The notes under the pieces are model-generated. The model was not told where the DNA came from, made no database searches, and worked only from the letters and a program-made list of their open reading frames with translations. Of a stretch of 64,000 bases of DNA, positions 1 through 11,608 are shown piece by piece. The position numbers were made by a program, and so were the translations under genes. Origin of the DNA: an uncultured Actinomycetes bacterium (GTDB taxonomy: Bacteria; Actinomycetota; Acidimicrobiia; Spongiisociales; DATADW01); NCBI GenBank assembly GCA_963824995.1, contig CAWGRK010000001.1, positions 139,094 through 203,093 of the forward strand, given 5' to 3'. The stretch's first letter is position 1, and every line of letters starts with the position of its first letter.

Positions 1-10
1 CGGCATCGAA

Positions 11-853
11 GTGGATGTCCGGTACGGGGAGAGCCCCGAGTTGGCCGCCACGATCCTCACCGAGGGCGAGCGCTCGCCGGCTGATGTGTTCCTGGCGCAG
101 GACCCGGGATCGCTGGGTCTCGTCTCGTTCGAAGGCCTGTTCCAGCCGCTGCCCGAGGAGCTACTCGGCCGGGTGGACCGCCGGTTCGCCGATGCCGATG
201 GCAATTGGATACCCGTCTCCGGCAGAAGCCGCGTCGTGGTCTACAACGGCGAAGAGGTCGGAGACGAGGACCTGCCCCGGAGCCTCGACGAGGTTGTGGA
301 CCCGCGCTGGGCGGGCAACGTCGGTGTGGCACCGACCAACGGGTCGTTCCTGTCGTTCGTCGCCGCCATGATCCTCTCCGAGGGCGAGGATGCGACCGCC
401 GCCTGGCTCGACAAACTGGCCGCCAACGACCCCGTGACCTACCCGGACAACAACTCGATCGTCGCCGCGGTGGAGAGCGGGGAGATCGCGCTCGGCCTGG
501 TCAACCACTATTACCTGTTGCGCCTCGACGCCGAACAGGGCGGCACCGTGGCCAGGAACGAGTTCCTCGACGACGGCACCGCCGGGTCGCTGGTCATGCC
601 CGCCGGCGCCGGGGTGCTCGCCAGCTCCGACCGATCCACCGAGGCCACACAGTTGGTCGAGTTCCTCCTCTCCGAGGAGGCGCAGAGCTACTTCGCCGAC
701 GAGACCTATGAGTACCCGATGATCGAAGAGGTCGAGGCGGACCCCGCTCTGCCCGATCTGGATGAGCTGCACCCCCCAGACGTCGGCATGTCCGAGTTGG
801 CGACCATGCTCGACAGAGCGGCCGAGTTGGTGACCGAGTCGGGGCTGGTGTGA
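11..853 (+). CDS. Fe3+ ABC transporter substrate-binding protein (AfuA/FutA family), 5'-truncated by the window edge
   Basis: Motifs SPADVF, SGRSRVVVYN, GLVNHYY and ETYEYP are typical of ferric-binding proteins; first gene of an ABC operon. Confidence 0.9.
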   Translation: MDVRYGESPELAATILTEGERSPADVFLAQDPGSLGLVSFEGLFQPLPEELLGRVDRRFADADGNWIPVSGRSRVVVYNGEEVGDEDLPRSLDEVVDPRWAGNVGVAPTNGSFLSFVAAMILSEGEDATAAWLDKLAANDPVTYPDNNSIVAAVESGEIALGLVNHYYLLRLDAEQGGTVARNEFLDDGTAGSLVMPAGAGVLASSDRSTEATQLVEFLLSEEAQSYFADETYEYPMIEEVEADPALPDLDELHPPDVGMSELATMLDRAAELVTESGLV

Positions 854-2482
854 CCGCCGGCGCCGATCTCCCCGCCGAAGCTCTGGCGCTCGCCCCCGCC
901 CCCGAACCGACCGGAAGTGTCCGGCGGGCAACAGGCCGGCGAGCCCCGGCCGGGCTGTGGGCTGCGGCTCTTCTCGTTCTCGTCCCGGTTGTGGCGCCGC
1001 TGGTCTATCTCGGCATCAATATCGCTTCGGAGCCGGACCAGGTGGCGCAGACACTCACCTCGGGCCGCACCGGGGAGCTCATCGTCGCCACGGTTGCGCT
1101 CGTGGTGGCGGTCACGGTGTCGGCGACGGCACTGGGCACCGCCACCGCCTGGGTCACGGTCCGGACCGATCTGGGCAGCCGCCGGCTCGTTTTCACGCTG
1201 CTCGCCCTCCCCCTAGTCATTCCCTCATACGTCGGGGCGCTCGCCTACGTCGCCGCCCTCGGCCCGCGGGGGATGCTCGCCGAGGTGCTCGGTATCGACC
1301 GTCTGCCCGACCTCGCCGGCTTCCCCGGGGCCTGGCTCGCCCTCACCGTGTTCACCTATCCGTACGTGCACCTGCTGGTGGCATCTTCGATGCGACGGAT
1401 GGACCGCTCGCTCGAAGAGGCGGCGCGCAGCCTCGGTGCCTCGCCTGCCCGTGTTTTCCGCACCATCGTCCTTCCCAGGATCCGCCCGGCGCTGGCTGCC
1501 AGCGGAACACTGGTGGCGCTCTACACGCTGTCCGACTTCGGTGCGGTGTCGCTGATGCGGTACGACGCCTTCACCCGTGCCATCTACGCCCAGTTCGCCG
1601 GCCGGCCCAACCGGGTTCCCGCCCTGGTGCTGTCGTCGGTGCTGATCGTTCTCGCCCTGCTCGTGCTGCTTGGCGAGCGTGCCGCCAGGGGACGGGTGGC
1701 ACCGCCCGGCACGTCTACACGGCCGCCGGCCCTGATCCATCTCACAACCGGATGGCGGGTCGCCGCCTGGGTCGGGGTTGGGACGGTGATCGCGGCTCGG
1801 GGTGGTCGTGCCGGTGACGGTGCTCGGCTATTGGTTGCTGAGGGGACTCGCCGAACAGCAGGCGCTCGGCTCGGTCTGGGTCGAGGCGGCACGCTCGCTG
1901 CTCGCTTCGGGGGCGGCAGGCGTCGTGGCTGTCCTCGCCGCCATTCCGCTGTGCGTGCTGGCGGTCCGCTACCCGAGCCGCTCATCGGCGCTGGTGGAGC
2001 GGACCTCGTGGGTTGTCTACGCGCTGCCCCACATCACCGTCGGCCTCGCCTTCCTCACCCTCGCCGCACGTCTTGGCCCCCCGATCTACCAGAGCCTCGC
2101 CCTGCTGGTCGTCGCCTACGTCGTCCTATTCCTCCCCCAGGCGCTCGGCGCCGGCGAGGCATCGCTCCGACAGATCCCGCCTTCGCTCGAGGAGGCAAGC
2201 CGCAGCTTGGGCCGGTCGTGGTGGTCCACCCTGCGTCGTATCACGGTGCCGCTCATGGGCAAGGGACTGATCGCCGGTGGTGCCTTGGTGTTTCTCACCG
2301 CCATGAAGGAACTTCCGGCCACCCTGCTGCTCCGCCCTACCGGGTTCGAGACCTTGGCGGTCCGAATCTTCGCGGCGGCATCGGAGAGCCTCTACACCCG
2401 GGCGAGCGCCGCCGCCCTGGTGCTGCTCCTGGTCTCGGCGGTCCCGGTCTACCTGCTGACGATCCGGCGGACCAATGCCTGA
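850..2482 (+). CDS. Fe3+ ABC transporter permease (two EAA domains; apparent frameshift near 1800)
   Basis: LPLVIPSYVGA and LEEAARSLG in ORF 850; second half with LEEASRSLG and KELPATLLL in ORF 1802..2482. Confidence 0.9.
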
Positions 2483-3529
2483 GGGACTGTTCGCTTCCCG
2501 CCCGGAGATGGCACCGCTGGCTATCCGCGCCCGTGGTCTGGTGAAGCGGTTTGGCGAGACCGTCGCTCTCGACGGGTTCTCGGTCGATGCCTGGCAGGGT
2601 GATCTCCTCGGCCTGCTCGGACCATCCGGTTGTGGCAAGACCACAGCGCTGCGCGTGATCGCCGGGTTCGAGCAACCGGACGAGGGGACGGTCGATGTCG
2701 GCGACCGCACCGTCGTCGGGCCCGGCGTCGATGTTGCCCCGGAGCAGCGTCGGGTGGGGATGGTGTTCCAGGACTATGCCCTCTTTCCACACATGACCAC
2801 CGCAGCCAACGTCGCCTACGGCCTCGACTCCAAGGGCGAGCGGCGCAAGAGGGTCGGCGAGGTCCTCGAGTTGGTGGGGCTCGCCGGGCTCGAGGATCGT
2901 CTCCCCCACGAGCTCTCGGGGGACAGCAACAGCGCGTCGCTCTGGCCCGAGCGTTGGCCCCCCGTCCCGAGGTGATCCTGCTCGACGAGCCCTTCTCCAA
3001 CCTGGATGCTGCGCTGCGCGATCGGGTACGGCGCGAGGTGCGGTCGATCCTGATCGAGGCGCGCATCACCTCGGTCTTCGTCACCCACGATCAGGAGGAG
3101 GCGCTGGCGATGAGCGACACCGTGGCCGTCATGAGGTCGGGACGGGTGGTGCAGGCCGGCCCACCGACCGACGTCTACCTTCGCCCCGCCGAGCCCTGGG
3201 TTGCCTCATTCCTCGGTGACGCCGACTTTCTCCCCGGCGTGGCCGGCGGCGGGAAGGTCGAGACCGCGGTGGGGAACTTCGCCAGCGAGCACGAGGGGCG
3301 GGTGCAGGTGATGGTCCGCCCCGAGATGGTCGACCTGGTGCCCGACGATGAAGCTGCGGCATTCGTGGTCAACCGTGAGTTCTTCGGCCATGACCAGATG
3401 GTCACCGTGGCTCTCCCCGGTGGGGGGACGATCAGGGCCCGCCTGGGACCGGCGCCATGGGTGCGGCCACAAGTGCGGGTCCGGGTGACCATCGGAGCGG
3501 TGACCACCTTCCCCGACCACGTTCACTGA
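2475..3529 (+). CDS. ABC transporter ATP-binding protein (FbpC/PotA-like; frameshift near 2920)
   Basis: Walker A GPSGCGKTT; signature LSG/GQQQRVALARAL split across frames; Walker B ILLDEP; VTHDQEEA. Confidence 0.9.
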
Positions 3530-4143
3530 TGTCGCCCCCCGTTCTGGGTGCGATCCTCGCCGGCGGCCGCTCGTCCCGCATGGGCGAGGACAAAGCGCTG
3601 CTCGAGGTGGCTGGGCGTCCTTCTGTCCTCTGGGTGGCGGACGCCTTGACTTCGGTGTGCAGCGAGGTAGTGGTTACGGGCCGATCCGGTCCGACTCTCG
3701 GATTGCGGGGCATCCCCGACGTCGGCAAGGCACACCGAGGACCCCTGGCCGGGATCGTCGGCGCGATGCACGAAGCCGGCGATGGGTGGGTCGTGGCTGC
3801 CGGTGTCGACCAGCCCTGGATTCGCCAGGCAACGATCGACGAAATGGTTCGACTGGCCGACGCTGAGCGAGCCGTGGTGCCCGTGGACGATGGAACGCCT
3901 CAGGTGACGTGTGCCCTCTACCCGGCGGTCTGGGTGGAGGAAGCGCGGGCGCTACTCGATGCGGGTCGCCCTGCCCAGGCTCTTCTCGACCTTCTCCCCT
4001 GGCGACCGGTCGAGCAGTCCGAGTGGGAGAGTTGGCATGAGGACGGTCGGTCGTGGTTCTCGGTGGACACGCCGGCAGCGCTCACCGAGGGGCTGTCACG
4101 GTTTGGCGAACCGTCCAGGGTCGGCCCTACAACCCGATCTTGA
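3529..4143 (+). CDS. mobA: Molybdenum cofactor guanylyltransferase
   Basis: ILAGGRSSRMGEDKA and GPLAGI motifs; ATG overlaps the upstream TGA. Confidence 0.85.
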   Translation: MSPPVLGAILAGGRSSRMGEDKALLEVAGRPSVLWVADALTSVCSEVVVTGRSGPTLGLRGIPDVGKAHRGPLAGIVGAMHEAGDGWVVAAGVDQPWIRQATIDEMVRLADAERAVVPVDDGTPQVTCALYPAVWVEEARALLDAGRPAQALLDLLPWRPVEQSEWESWHEDGRSWFSVDTPAALTEGLSRFGEPSRVGPTTRS

Positions 4144-4456
4144 TCACGGTCTCGCCCCCAAACGCCATGGGCGAGGCGACCTGAAAGGCATCGGCGCGCT
4201 CGTCCCATGCTTTGAACCCAGGATGCGCGTCGTGTTCGTGGTGCCCCTCACCGCTGGCGAAGATCGCCACAACCAGGTATTGCACCGCTCCTTCGACCTT
4301 CCGCGACGAAATGTCGAGTCGGGAGAGCGTCGCCGCAACCAGGGTCCCCCGACCGTGCAGATCTGCCCAAACGGGATACTCATGCTCGGCAAAACCACTC
4401 TCGAACGCCTCAACCTGGTCGGTCCCGACGTTGAGCAGAACTGCCACGGTCTCCAC
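4127..4456 (-). CDS. Small hypothetical protein, possibly ABM/dimeric alpha-beta barrel-like
   Basis: 109-aa ORF with protein-like composition and a GGAGG SD upstream. Confidence 0.6.
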   Translation of the reverse strand: METVAVLLNVGTDQVEAFESGFAEHEYPVWADLHGRGTLVAATLSRLDISSRKVEGAVQYLVVAIFASGEGHHEHDAHPGFKAWDERADAFQVASPMAFGGETVIKIGL

Positions 4457-4524
4457 GTCGTTCCTCCGAGTGTTGGCGCGGGGAGGAGGCTACGCCGCGT
4501 GGCCGCCCCGCCTGCCTAGCGAAC

Positions 4525-4764
4525 TCACGGCGGTCCCGGCCCCACGGTGTAGACGTGTCCGAGTCGGCTGGTCCAGCGGAAGACGCCGGGTTCGATCTGC
4601 TCCAGCTTCCACTCCCCCTCGTGCTTCAACCGATGATGGTGACGGCACAGCGGCCCGAGGTTGGTGACGTCGGTCGATCCGCCCTTGGCGAAGTCCCTGG
4701 TGTGGTCGATGTCGGAGTCGATCGCCGGCTCAGGCTCGAGCGGCGGGAGCTCGAGGCATCGCAC
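4525..4764 (-). pseudogene. 3' remnant of a DUF222/HNH endonuclease gene (13E12-repeat type)
   Basis: DIDH...GGST...NLGPLCRHHHRLKH...WTSRLGHVY; the long N-terminal DUF222 part is absent. Confidence 0.75.
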
Positions 4765-5135
4765 AAGAATCGCACGTTCAAGCGCTTAGGTCCTTAAAGA
4801 CGATAAGACGAGGTTCACAGCACTATGCAAAGCCGTCGGATTGTCGAGTCGAGAGTCTCTGCCGAGCGGCCCTCGACGAAAGGAATCAGCGGCATGGTAG
4901 GCAATCACGACCCCGAATACATCGAGCCACCCGTCCTAGCACCCGGCCTGCATGGAAACTCCGCGGCCTGTGGCACGTTTACCGCAATGAGGTTCATGAG
5001 CTCGGACGGATACGAACGGTGTCCTTCGTGCTACTGGCAGCACCGCAAGAAGGTCGATTCGGTAGCAGCCGAAACGGCCGCGATGAACCGCAGCGTGGAC
5101 CTCTGCACGGCCGGCAAGCCGAGCCAAGCACCGGC

Positions 5136-5240
5136 ATGAAAGCAGCTGCCGTTGGACTCGGTCTGGTTCAAATCCTTGTTGGAGCCGCGGTCACGGTGGT
5201 TATTGCGATAGTCGTAATCAAAGCAATCTTCGGCGCGTGA
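5136..5240 (+). CDS. 34-aa single-TM small protein
   Basis: MKAAAVGLGLVQILVGAAVTVVIAIVVIKAIFGA; ATGA overlap with the stop of ORF 4825..5139. Confidence 0.45.
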   Translation: MKAAAVGLGLVQILVGAAVTVVIAIVVIKAIFGA

Positions 5241-5621
5241 GAGACAAAAGCATCTGCGTCTGGACCTGTTCAAGACGCTCACCGACAGTTCGGCTAGAGC
5301 CGCGTAGCCACGTCTTCAGCCCGGAATCGGTGGCGCTCTGGGAGGAGCACCTCGCCGAGTTCGTCGCCAGCGAGAGCGACTCCGGCTAGAGCCCGGCGGG
5401 TGTCGTCAACTGCAGGAGACCCGGCTGCCTGGCCGGGTCTCCACATCTCGGTGGCTTGAGTCGTCAGCCCCGATATGAATGGCGGCCGAATGGTGGCATA
5501 CGCCATATGGGGCCACCTATGGATGCAGTCGTCCCGGCTGTCCATTCAGACTTCCGACCCACGGTCGATGCAATGGATTCGATTGTGGTGGACGTTGATC
5601 ATGGACCCACCCCGCCAAGCG

Positions 5622-6883
5622 ATGGCACACTGAGACGATCGAGACCAACTGGGCGGGCAACTACATCTACCGCGCCGAGAGGATCCACCGGCCGGAGAGT
5701 GTCGACGAGTTGCGCTCGATCGTCGCCGCCGCGCCGCGCATCCGCGTGCTCGGCTCGCGCCATTCGTTCAGCGAAATCACGGACTCGGCGGAGCTCGTGT
5801 CGCTCGACGCGCTCCCTGCCGACATCGTCGTGGAACGCGACGCCGCCACGATCTCGTTCGGCGCCACGATGCGCTACGGGGACCTGGCCGCGGTGCTCGC
5901 CGACGAGGGACTGGCACTGCACAACCTCGCCTCGCTGCCGCACATCTCGGTTGCCGGGGCAGTGGCGACGGCCACTCACGGCTCCGGTGACACCAACGGC
6001 AACCTGGCCACCGCGGTCGCCGCGCTCGAGATGGTGACCTCGGAAGGCGACATCGTGACGGCGAGGCGCGGAGACGAGGATTTCGACGGGATGGTCGTCG
6101 GACTCGGGACACTTGGCGCCGTGACCCGCATCACGCTCGACGTCGGGCCCGCGTACGAGGTGCGCCAGCGGGTGTTCGAGGGCCTGTCCTATGACGCGTC
6201 TGTACGAAGCACTTCGACTCGATCAGCGCCAGCGGCTACAGCGTCAGCGTCTTCACACGCTGGGGGGACGCCACAGACCAGGTGTGGGTCAAGAGCCGGG
6301 TCACGGAAGACCCCGAGGAGCTCCTCGGCGATCTCTATGACGCGCCCGCGGCGACGATCAAGCGGCACCCCATCCTCGGCATCGACCCGGTCAACTGCAC
6401 CAAGCAGCTCGGGCGCCCCGGCCCCTGGTCCGACCGCCTGCCCCACTTCCGCATGGGCTTCACGCCGAGCGCCGGCGAGGAGCTGCAGTCCGAGTTCCTG
6501 TTCCCGAGGGGCCACACTGTGTCGGCGATCGATGCGGTGCGCGCCCTGGGCGACCGGATCGCGCCGGTCCTCCAGGTCAGCGAGATCCGCACGATCGCCG
6601 CCGACACCCTGTGGATGAGCCCGCAATACGGGGTCGACACCACCGCGATCCACTTCACCTGGGAGCCCGACACCGACTCCGTCCTGCCGGTGCTGGCGGA
6701 GGTCGAGGCCGCACTGGGACCTTACGAGGCGCGCCCCCACTGGGGAAAGGTGTTCCTGGCGACCGCGACACGATCGCCCCGCTCTACGAGCGCCTGCCTG
6801 ACTTCCTCCGGCTGGCCCAGCGACTCGACCCGCGGGGCGCGTTCCGCAACGAGTGGTTCGAACAACGAGTGTCGGGTCGCTGA
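5622..6883 (+). CDS. FAD-linked alditol/xylitol oxidase-like protein (ALO family; frameshifts near 5630, 6205, 6765)
   Basis: ETNWAGN, VLGSRHSF, LHNLASLPHISVAGAVATATHGSG, ELQSE, ARPHWGK and DPRGAFRN are spread over three frames. Confidence 0.85.
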
Positions 6884-7208
6884 CAGCCCGTCCCGGGCGG
6901 ACATCAATGCTGGCCGGGGACTCAGGCTTCGGCGTGGGTTCGACTCACCCGCCGTGCGGTGCAAGTCAGCATGCCTCGATTCAAGACCCAGTCCCGACCA
7001 TTTTGGAGCCAGGAGCAGCAGCCGAGGCGTGATGGACCGCGCCACCGTTAGTCGTCCATACGAACTCTGGGAACCGACTGCAGCGGTCGGTACGTTCAGC
7101 AAGTGGCACGCCCTTCAGGCAATCGCCCTTGTGATCGTCAGCTGGGTCGACGCTCACCGGGTCACCATATGGAGTCGAGGAAGTCGATGCCGCAGACGGC
7201 GTTGGCTG

Positions 7209-7566
7209 TTAACGAAGCCCGTCCCTCAGAAGGATTCGGTTCGTCTCCTCTGCCTTGATCGCGGTCAGCTTGTCGTTGAATTGGCCGACCGCGATCGAGG
7301 AGTAGATGGCGCAGGCCACCACGGTGAAGGCCCAACCAGCGAGGAACCAAGTGACCTTGGTCAGCGCCGCCATGACAGCGACCCCTCCGAGAGTCAGGAG
7401 AGTCAACCCGGGACTGAGGACGTAGAACAACCCAAGCGGCCCGAACAGGACGCTCAGGCCAATCGCGACCTTCAGCGACTTTGCTCCCGGTGTAAAAAGT
7501 CGGCTGAAGTGGGCCCATCCCGGTCGTCAGTTCGAACTCGTTCCGTTGATTGTTCGTTATCTTCAC
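7209..7566 (-). CDS. Small membrane protein (probable indel in the A-run at 7494-7498)
   Basis: Removing one base joins MGPLQPTF to TPGAKSLKVAIGLSVLFGPLGLFYV and two further hydrophobic segments. Confidence 0.5.
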
Positions 7567-7800
7567 TCCGCTACCTTTCCTGTTCAGTGGTTGCCGGCCA
7601 CATCGGCCACGGTTTTCGAGCGAGCTGGGACAGCCAGATCAACGTCCCCGCGGCCGTCAACGAGCATCCGTGACACGGCCAGTGAGATCCTCCACTCCCG
7701 CCTTCCAACTGGAGTGTGTCGACCGGGTACGACAAAAACCGCACCCTGACTACGTAAACGGCAAGAAATGAGTCGGCGGACCTACTCGAAAGGGCGGACC

Positions 7801-8187
7801 TCAGGCTGCTTCGAGGTCAGTGAGCCCGAAATCGGTTCCGACGAAGAGAAGTGGCTCCCCAGCCAACCGGGCGATGGCGTAAGCGAGGCAATCCCCGAAG
7901 TTGAGACGTGCCTTGTGTCGGCCGCGCCCGTAGCGGGTGTAAGCCCTGACGGCCTCTCGCCAATGGTCTTCTCCGAAAGGGACCGGCACGATCTCGAAGG
8001 CAGCGACCACTCGACCCAGCAGATCCCCAGCATCGAACCCGAGACGGCTCGTCAAGACGATGCCCGTCTCGGTGAGGGTGGGCGTGCCGATTCCAGCCGA
8101 TGGGGATGAGAGCAGCTTCTCGATGAGTGTGTCGTAACCGGGCTCTTTGGTGATGACGGCGATGAGAGCCGAGCTGTCGACGATCAC
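7801..8187 (-). CDS. vapC: VapC PIN-domain toxin
   Basis: MIVDSSA...LNFGDCLAYA...LLFVGTDF; overlaps the antitoxin stop. Confidence 0.93.
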   Translation of the reverse strand: MIVDSSALIAVITKEPGYDTLIEKLLSSPSAGIGTPTLTETGIVLTSRLGFDAGDLLGRVVAAFEIVPVPFGEDHWREAVRAYTRYGRGRHKARLNFGDCLAYAIARLAGEPLLFVGTDFGLTDLEAA

Positions 8188-8453
8188 ACGCCCTCCGGCC
8201 CGAAGCCGAGGATTTCCGCCTCTTCGTCCTCAGTGAGCCGACGACCGAGCTCCTCGGTGGGCACCGCCGGCCAGACGTCCCGCTCCAAGAGGGTCATCAC
8301 GCGATCACGCCGGTCTCGGCCGGACCTGTAGACGAGTTGGCGACGGCGCTCCAAGAGGGCCTGTCGGACGGCTTCTGTCTTGGTCTCGCCGGCGAGCCGA
8401 GCCACTTCGTTGACGAGACGCTCCACTTCCTCGTTCTTGATGTTGAGTGCCAT
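8184..8453 (-). CDS. vapB: VapB antitoxin (Rv0623-like RHH)
   Basis: MALNIKNEEVERL...GETKTEAVRQAL; directly upstream of vapC. Confidence 0.9.
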   Translation of the reverse strand: MALNIKNEEVERLVNEVARLAGETKTEAVRQALLERRRQLVYRSGRDRRDRVMTLLERDVWPAVPTEELGRRLTEDEEAEILGFGPEGV

Positions 8454-8475
8454 CAGATGAAGAACAATAGACAGT

Positions 8476-8492
8476 TTCCACCATTGGTGGAA
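8476..8492. promoter_or_regulatory. Palindrome upstream of vapB, candidate VapBC operator
   Basis: TTCCACCA-T-TGGTGGAA is a perfect 8-bp inverted repeat 23-39 bp before the vapB start. Confidence 0.55.
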
Positions 8493-8500
8493 CGACCAAC

Positions 8501-9150
8501 TCAGAAAGTAGGCGCCCAGCCGGTGGTTTGACGGAAGAGGGTGTTGGAGACAGGCTCGTCGTCGGCGACCACGTTGTAGGTGCCGGCGGGAGCGTCGAGG
8601 GCGGCAACGATGGCCCGGGCGGCGTCGTCGATCTCGAGGGTGCTGCCGAAGGAGTCGTCGGGATCATCGGAGCCGGTACCGGGCCCGTAGAGCAGCCCGA
8701 ACCGAAGGACGATCCCCCGTCGGCCGGGGCCGGTGAAACCGGCCACCACCTGTTCGGCGGCGACGCGGTCTCGAGGTAGTACGGCAGGTCGTCCCTGATC
8801 GGGGTCGACTCGTCCGACGGACCGGGCGGGTAGACGAAGGCGACGGTGGGCATCAGGAACAGCCCGGCCGAGCCATCCATGGCGGCACGCGCCAGGATCG
8901 GGGTGCCCTCGCCGCGCAGGCGGTCGTTCTCGATCCAGCTCTCACGCTCGCCTCGTGCTTCGGGGGGAGGGACTCTGGTAGCGAGATGGAGCACGGCGTC
9001 CGCCGGAGCAACGGCGGCGCTAACCGCTTCGGGGTCGAAGAGGTCGAGATCGAGGCGTCCGGGGGCATCGACCTCGTGCCCCGCCTCTTCGAGCAGTGGG
9101 ATGGTGTGGCGGCCGATCACGCCGGTGCCGCCGGTGACGAAGACCCTCAT
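8501..9150 (-). CDS. NAD-dependent epimerase/dehydratase family protein (frameshift near 8760)
   Basis: [11 protein letters not shown]ossmann motif; [11 protein letters not shown] and GTYNV in the second frame. Confidence 0.85.
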
Positions 9151-9160
9151 GACGGTCGAG

Positions 9161-10185
9161 CTACCCGCCGATGTAGCTCATCTCGATCTTGACCGGGGTG
9201 GGGGTGCCGGCGGTGCGGATCTCGGAGTAGCGGTCGCCGCGGCGGCGCCAGACGCCGGCCATGGCATCGCGAAGTTCGTCGTCGGTGGCACCATCGCGGA
9301 GCAGGGCCCGCAGATCGGTCCCGCGCGAGGCGAAGAGACAGGTGTACAGGGTCCCTTCGGCCGAGATGCGTGCCCTGGTGCAGGAACCGCAGAAGGGGTG
9401 GGTCACCGATGCGATGACACCGATCTCGCCGGACCCGTCGCGGTAGCGGTAGCGGTTGGCCACTTCTCCCGGGTAGTTGGGCGGCACCGGGTCGAGCGGA
9501 AACACCCGGTCGATGTCCTCGACTGATCCGATCGGCCGGGTAGACGTCGTCCATCCGCCAGCCGTTGGTGGTGCCCACATCCATGAACTCGATGAAGCGG
9601 AGGATGTGCCCGGTGCCCTTGAAGTGGCGGGCCAGGTCGACCACCGAGTCCTCGTTGACCCCGCGCTGCACCACCGTGTTCACCTTGACCGGGGTGAGGC
9701 CGGCGGCGGCGGCGGCCTCGATCCCCTCCAGGACCTTCTCCACCGGGAAACCCGACGTCGTTCATCGCCTGGAAGACGGTGTCGTCCATCGAGTCGAGGC
9801 TGACGGTGACCCGGTTGAGCCCGGCGTCGGCGAGCGACTGCGCCTTGCGGGCCAGCAGCGACCCGTTGGTGGTGAGGGTGAGATCCTCGATCCCGGGGAC
9901 CGCGGCCAGCATCTCGATCAACCGCTCCAGGTCGCGCCGGAGCAGCGGTTCGCCACCGGTGAGCCTCACCTTGCGGACGCCCAGATCCGCCGAAGCCCTC
10001 ACCAGACGCTCGATCTCCTCGAAGGAGAGCAGGGCGTCACGGGAGAGGAACTCCCACTCCCGGTTGAAGATCTCCTTCGGCATGCAATAGGTGCAGCGGA
10101 AGTTGCAGCGGTCGGTCACCGACACACGGAGGTCGTGCATCGGACGTTGCATGGTGTCCACGACGGGGAGAGAGGCGACGGCCAC
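9161..10185 (-). CDS. moaA: GTP 3',8-cyclase (frameshifts near 9750 and 9525)
   Basis: [15 protein letters not shown] radical-SAM motif; [19 protein letters not shown]...CLF; C-terminal MSYIGG. Confidence 0.95.
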
Positions 10186-10253
10186 ACACAACGGTACCGC
10201 CTCGGCGGGATTGAGTCCGCGGGAGACCGGTCACATGGGTACGATCCGCAGAC

Positions 10254-11608
10254 GTGGAGGTCGTCCCGATCCACACCCCTTCGCTGGGCGACACCTCGTA
10301 TCTGGTCCACCATGACGGGGTCGGTGTGGCCATCGACGTCCAGCGAGACATCGACCGGGTGTCGGATGCTGCCGAGCGGGCCGGGGTCACCGTGTCGATG
10401 GTGCTCGAGACCCACGTCCACAACGACTACATCAGCGGCGGCCCCGAGCTGTCACGGCTCACCAACGCCGACCTGGTGCTCCCCGCCGGGGCGGGTGTCG
10501 CCTACCCGAGCCGGCCGGCCTTCCACACAGAGGACATCGACGCCGGCGCCGGGATGACGGTACGGCCGTTGCACACCCCCGGCCACACCCCCGAGCACAC
10601 CAGTTATCTGGTGCTGCTCGGCGACGAACTCCGCTGGCTGTGTTCACCGGTGGAAGCTTGCTGATCGGGTCGGCGGGGCGAACCGACCTGCTGGGCGAAC
10701 GGCTCGCCCGATCGCTGGCACGGCTCCAGCACGGATCGCTCCAGCGGCTCGCCCGGCTCCCCGACTCGTCGCCGTCCGACCGACCCACGGTGGCGGGTCG
10801 TTCTGTACCTCCTCGAGCGTGGGTGGCAACCAGTCCACCATCGGCGAGGAGCGGGCGAACCAACCCGCTCCTTTCCTTTTCCGACCCGGAGGCTTTCGCC
10901 GACCACCAGCTTTCGGGTCTGTTGCCATACCCGACCTATTACGCCCAGATGGCGACCGATCAACCGGGATGGACCCCCGGGCTTCGAGTACGACGAGCCT
11001 CCCGAGTTGTCCCCGGAAGCGGTGCAAGAACTGATGGCCTCGGTCGCTGTCATCGATGGGCGGGCCCGCGACCAAGTTCGCTGCGGGGCACATCACCGCT
11101 GCATTGGGCGTCGAGTTGGGAGATCGGTTCGCCCCTTGGGTGGGGTGGCTCGTCCCCTTCGGTACCCCGCTGGTCCTGGTGCTCGACCATGGACAGGATG
11201 TGGCCACCGCGACCAACGACCTCGCTCGTATCGGCTACACCGTCACTGGTGTGCTCCGCGGGGTCGAGGGCTGGGAGGCCGAGGGGCTCCCCCTCGAGTC
11301 ACACGAGACCGCATCCACCGATCGGCTGGAACAGGCCATCGAGGAGGGCGCTCAGGTGATCGATGTCCGCGACCCCTCGGAGTGGGAATGCCGAGCACCT
11401 CCCCGGATCGATCCATCGCTATGTGCCCGATCTGATCGACGACATGCCCGACCTGGACGGCTCACGGCCGGTATGGGTGGTGTGCGCCACCGGGTTCCGT
11501 GCCTCGATCGCCGCCGGCCTCCTCCGGCGCGGGCGGGCTTCGAGCCGATCGTGGTCACCGATGGCGGTGTGACGGAGACGCTCGCCCTCGAGCTTCGCTC
11601 AGGGCTGA
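10254..11608 (+). CDS. MBL-fold hydrolase with rhodanese domains (multiple frameshifts; end approximate)
   Basis: LGDTSY, ETHVHNDYISG, TPGHTPEH, FTGGSLLIGSAGRTDL, IDVRDPSEW and VVCATGFRAS. Confidence 0.8.

Noticed and set aside
6912..6952. tRNA-like GGGTTCGACTC T-loop, possible att remnant
   Set aside because: No acceptor, D or anticodon arms could be folded and the T-stem pairs poorly; no integrase is nearby.
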